From assembly GCA_047495785.1 (NCBI GenBank), contig JBLDXI010000025.1:2046001-2110000 (forward strand): a stretch of DNA of 64,000 nucleotides, read 5' to 3'. Positions 61,248-64,000 of the stretch are shown in pieces. Every line of letters starts with the position of its first letter. Position 1 is the first letter of the stretch. Position numbers and translations under genes: made by a program. This stretch comes from Lepidodermella squamata. Taxonomy: Eukaryota > Animalia > Gastrotricha. The notes under the pieces were generated by a model that made no database searches, was not told the origin of the DNA, and saw only the letters and a list, made by a program, of their open reading frames with translations.

Positions 61248-61899
61248 TGCGTATAATTCCTCAGTAATGAAGGGCGGCAATGCGTAATACACCACAGGAC
61301 GGATAATACGCCATAACTTATCTGCTTGTTGAGTGCGCTCTTATCTCGTCACCGCTCACTAAAAATACTGCAGTAACTGATAAAGATAAACTATAAACTC
61401 AAAGCCGCCCCGAATTATTGGGAGAAGAAGCTGATGATGCACAATAATTTGGAATGGTTTGTTTGAATTGACTGATTTTTGTTCACCCGCGAAGCTCCAA
61501 CAATAAAAAATAATCAATCTTCCAATGTAACACAGGGAGACAGTATAGTTGAATCCATCTGGAGCAATGTATTCAACCTTGTGATCTTGTGATTCTGACG
61601 TGACTATTTAGGCCCCTGATGCAGCAACAAAATCCAATCAGGGATCCAAGATGCGATCATCGTATGGGTTTTTCGACACAAATGAACGATAATGTTGAGC
61701 CGTGGAAATAAAATAGTATCTGTTTCGTCGTTTCAATAGTTTCTGAATAGACGAGCCTTGTTAGGCTAAATAAGTTCGCGCAACCTCGTCAGACCCAAAC
61801 TTGAATCTAAGGGTGAGGTTATCTCGATGAGCCAAGCGAGTTTCAAAGTAAGCATTGCTCGAATATGGCGGGCTCATTGCTAATCACCGCGAATTGGTT

Positions 61900-62790
61900 C
61901 ACATTGCTAAGAAAATTTAAAATCTTTCTTTGGGGTGGAGGGATACCAGCGATGCGTGATAACTTTAAAAGAGGCTCCCCAAGTTGGCTCGTCCACCGCC
62001 CGTTTTTTAAAGGGCCCCACTCTTGACGAAGAGTCGCTCGTTTCGCAAGCCAAAAATGACGTAAGGTAATTGGTGCGGTTTTCGCGAGCAGCTTCGACGC
62101 CGCGTGGTTGTTACTCAAAAGCACTGCCTGCTTTTGAAAATATTCATTTTTACCCAGCACAAGGCTGGTTAGTGCTAGAAAGTGCCTATTAAAAAGTGAT
62201 ATGCTGGACACCGACTCGAAAATCATCCATTACGAAGTCTTGTGATACACCGCATTCATCCAGCACGGTCCTGAAAATGGACCCGAACAGGTAAACAAAT
62301 TGGTAAAAGTCATGAGCGCGTGCTGGACAATAGTTTAAAGCAGGCAGAGTCAACATTTCTGAGAATCAGGTGTGACACTAACGTTTGGATTTGGCAAGCC
62401 AATTTGACTTACTTTGCTCGCAATTTTAGCGCGAACCAAGTATCGCAGGTCATTAAATCTCATATCGTCGATAGTGCGGAAAATTAGTGCTGGAAAGGTG
62501 CTGAAAGTCGTTCTGGATACAAGTGGAATTCAATAGTTTAATTCCTCTTCGATTTTGCCGTCACTATTAGTGATTATACTACCCAAATATTCGAATTTCG
62601 TAACTTTTTCTAGTTTTTTCCCGTTTAATGCCGATTCGTAATTTTGAGCATTCGAACCGTCACTAGAATTAATCATATATTGAGTTTTTGCCGGGTTAAT
62701 TTTAAAATCCCATTCGGTGCAAGCCAAGTCGAAAATATGAAGTAGTCGTGAAGTTTTGTCGCGGTTCATGCCTACATTTTGACGTCAGGC
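61900..62790 (-). mobile_element. RTE-type LINE remnant
   Basis: FKINPAKTQYM..LNGKKLEKVTKFEYLGSIIT..EEEL is a typical RT C-terminus; downstream frames carry stops and frameshifts. Confidence 0.75.
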
Positions 62791-63617
62791 ATATTTCCTT
62801 ACGACGCATCGTTGACCCGCGTAAAAAGGAATTCTGACATACCCAGGATGTGGATCCAAATATCGGATCTCGCACTCTATTTTTTGGCATTTGAAGCGTT
62901 AATGTGGTTTTACTAGTCCCGATTTGCATCTGTGCAAATAGTAGATGCAATTGGTTGAGGCTCGTAAAAATTAATCTAATCTATCATACCTCGCAAGGAT
63001 TGAGATAATTAAAGATGTATATATGCGATCAGGGCCTTTATCATCAACAGCAGCCTCGTTCCGTCGACTAGAGGAAACGTCAGATGTCAGGCCGCAATTT
63101 CGCCGGATTCCGGAACCACCGCGTGGAAGTATTCCAGTCTCAAACCCGCGGCCCCACCAGCTTTAATCGGACGATGAGGAGGTGTCTCAAATCAGTTTGC
63201 AAATCAGTCGTCGATGAAAGTAATTTCTTAATGAACGGTCTTCACCAAGTACCTGGCTACTCGAACAGTAGCGGCATCAACCCAGGGCCAAACCTGCCGA
63301 ACAGCTCTTATCTACCAATTTTGAAATCGCCCTTTCGCTTTCCATGTCTCAAGACTTGTTGAAGCCTAAGACCTCGGAGGATTGCTACACCTATCCAAAT
63401 CTGTCTTCGAATGTCTTAAGGTGGCTGAAGCCGTTTGCGTGGGAAACGTGAAAGTATGCCACAAATTCAGAATGGAACAAGTGTTCTGACCGCTGTCAAC
63501 ATCGCTTATTCACAAGGCGCAATCGCAGACAAATTAACTTGTGACTGTGTAGATTCTCACGATCGATTTGACCTAATATTTTCCCTGATTCATCGCTAAA
63601 CAGTGGTTTTTCACTAT

Positions 63618-63774
63618 TACGCTTGAATCACGCGTTTGTGTATCTGTGCTTTGTTAATGTTGTTAATGTTAATGATGGGTAAGAATGATACCCGGTCGCA
63701 TACAGGCCGGCCCGAATGCGTACGGTCCCCAATATTAACAAAGCACAGATACACAAACGCGTGATTCATGCGTA
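63618..63774. repeat. Near-perfect inverted repeat (~41-bp arms), MITE-like hairpin
   Basis: tacgcttgaatcacgcgtttgtgtatctgtgctttgttaat ... attaacaaagcacagatacacaaacgcgtgattcatgcgta. Confidence 0.85.
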
Positions 63775-64000
63775 TTGCAGTCCTCCGATTTTTTTTCGTG
63801 ACTCGACAGTGTCTGCCACTGGAAAAAAATTGCGAAAAAGTGTACGCCAATTTGGAATTTTTGATTTTTGTTCGTTTTTTTTCGCTAAGCTGCTGTAGAA
63901 AGTTCGCAAAATTCGCTAAACTAGTTAATACGCGATTGAAAAATCACAGATGCTATTTCCCAAAGCTTAAAGCCTGAAGTCTTCAATGTTGTTCTAGGGG

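Overview
Eukaryotic (animal) genomic DNA from a compact invertebrate genome. Genes are dense and split by many short (~45-60 nt) GT-AG introns, so the ORF track shows exon fragments. Genes reconstructed by eye: an LDLa-repeat secreted protein (runs off the left edge); three divergent Cys-loop channel subunits; a membrane-anchored pseudo-astacin fused to two UBR-box zinc fingers; a trypsin-like pseudoprotease and a NEK-like kinase that share one C-terminal beta-propeller; a Shaker-type Kv channel with a shortened S4; two DUF4419 genes (one frameshifted and carrying a 34-bp TIR-only insertion); a STELLO-like glycosyltransferase; a SEA/mucin membrane protein; two unassigned secreted protein families; an intronless LRAT(NlpC/P60)-GIMAP-like GTPase-CaaX fusion; a domesticated hAT/BED gene; and four highly divergent nuclear receptors. 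Intergenic and intronic DNA holds MITEs (piggyBac-, Foldback/MULE- and Tc1-like), palindromes, and LINE and LTR remnants. The best candidates for undescribed systems are the LRAT-GTPase fusion, the effector-swapped propeller family, the pseudo-astacin-UBR protein and the atypical nuclear receptor cluster. All calls come from motif reading only; no database search was run.
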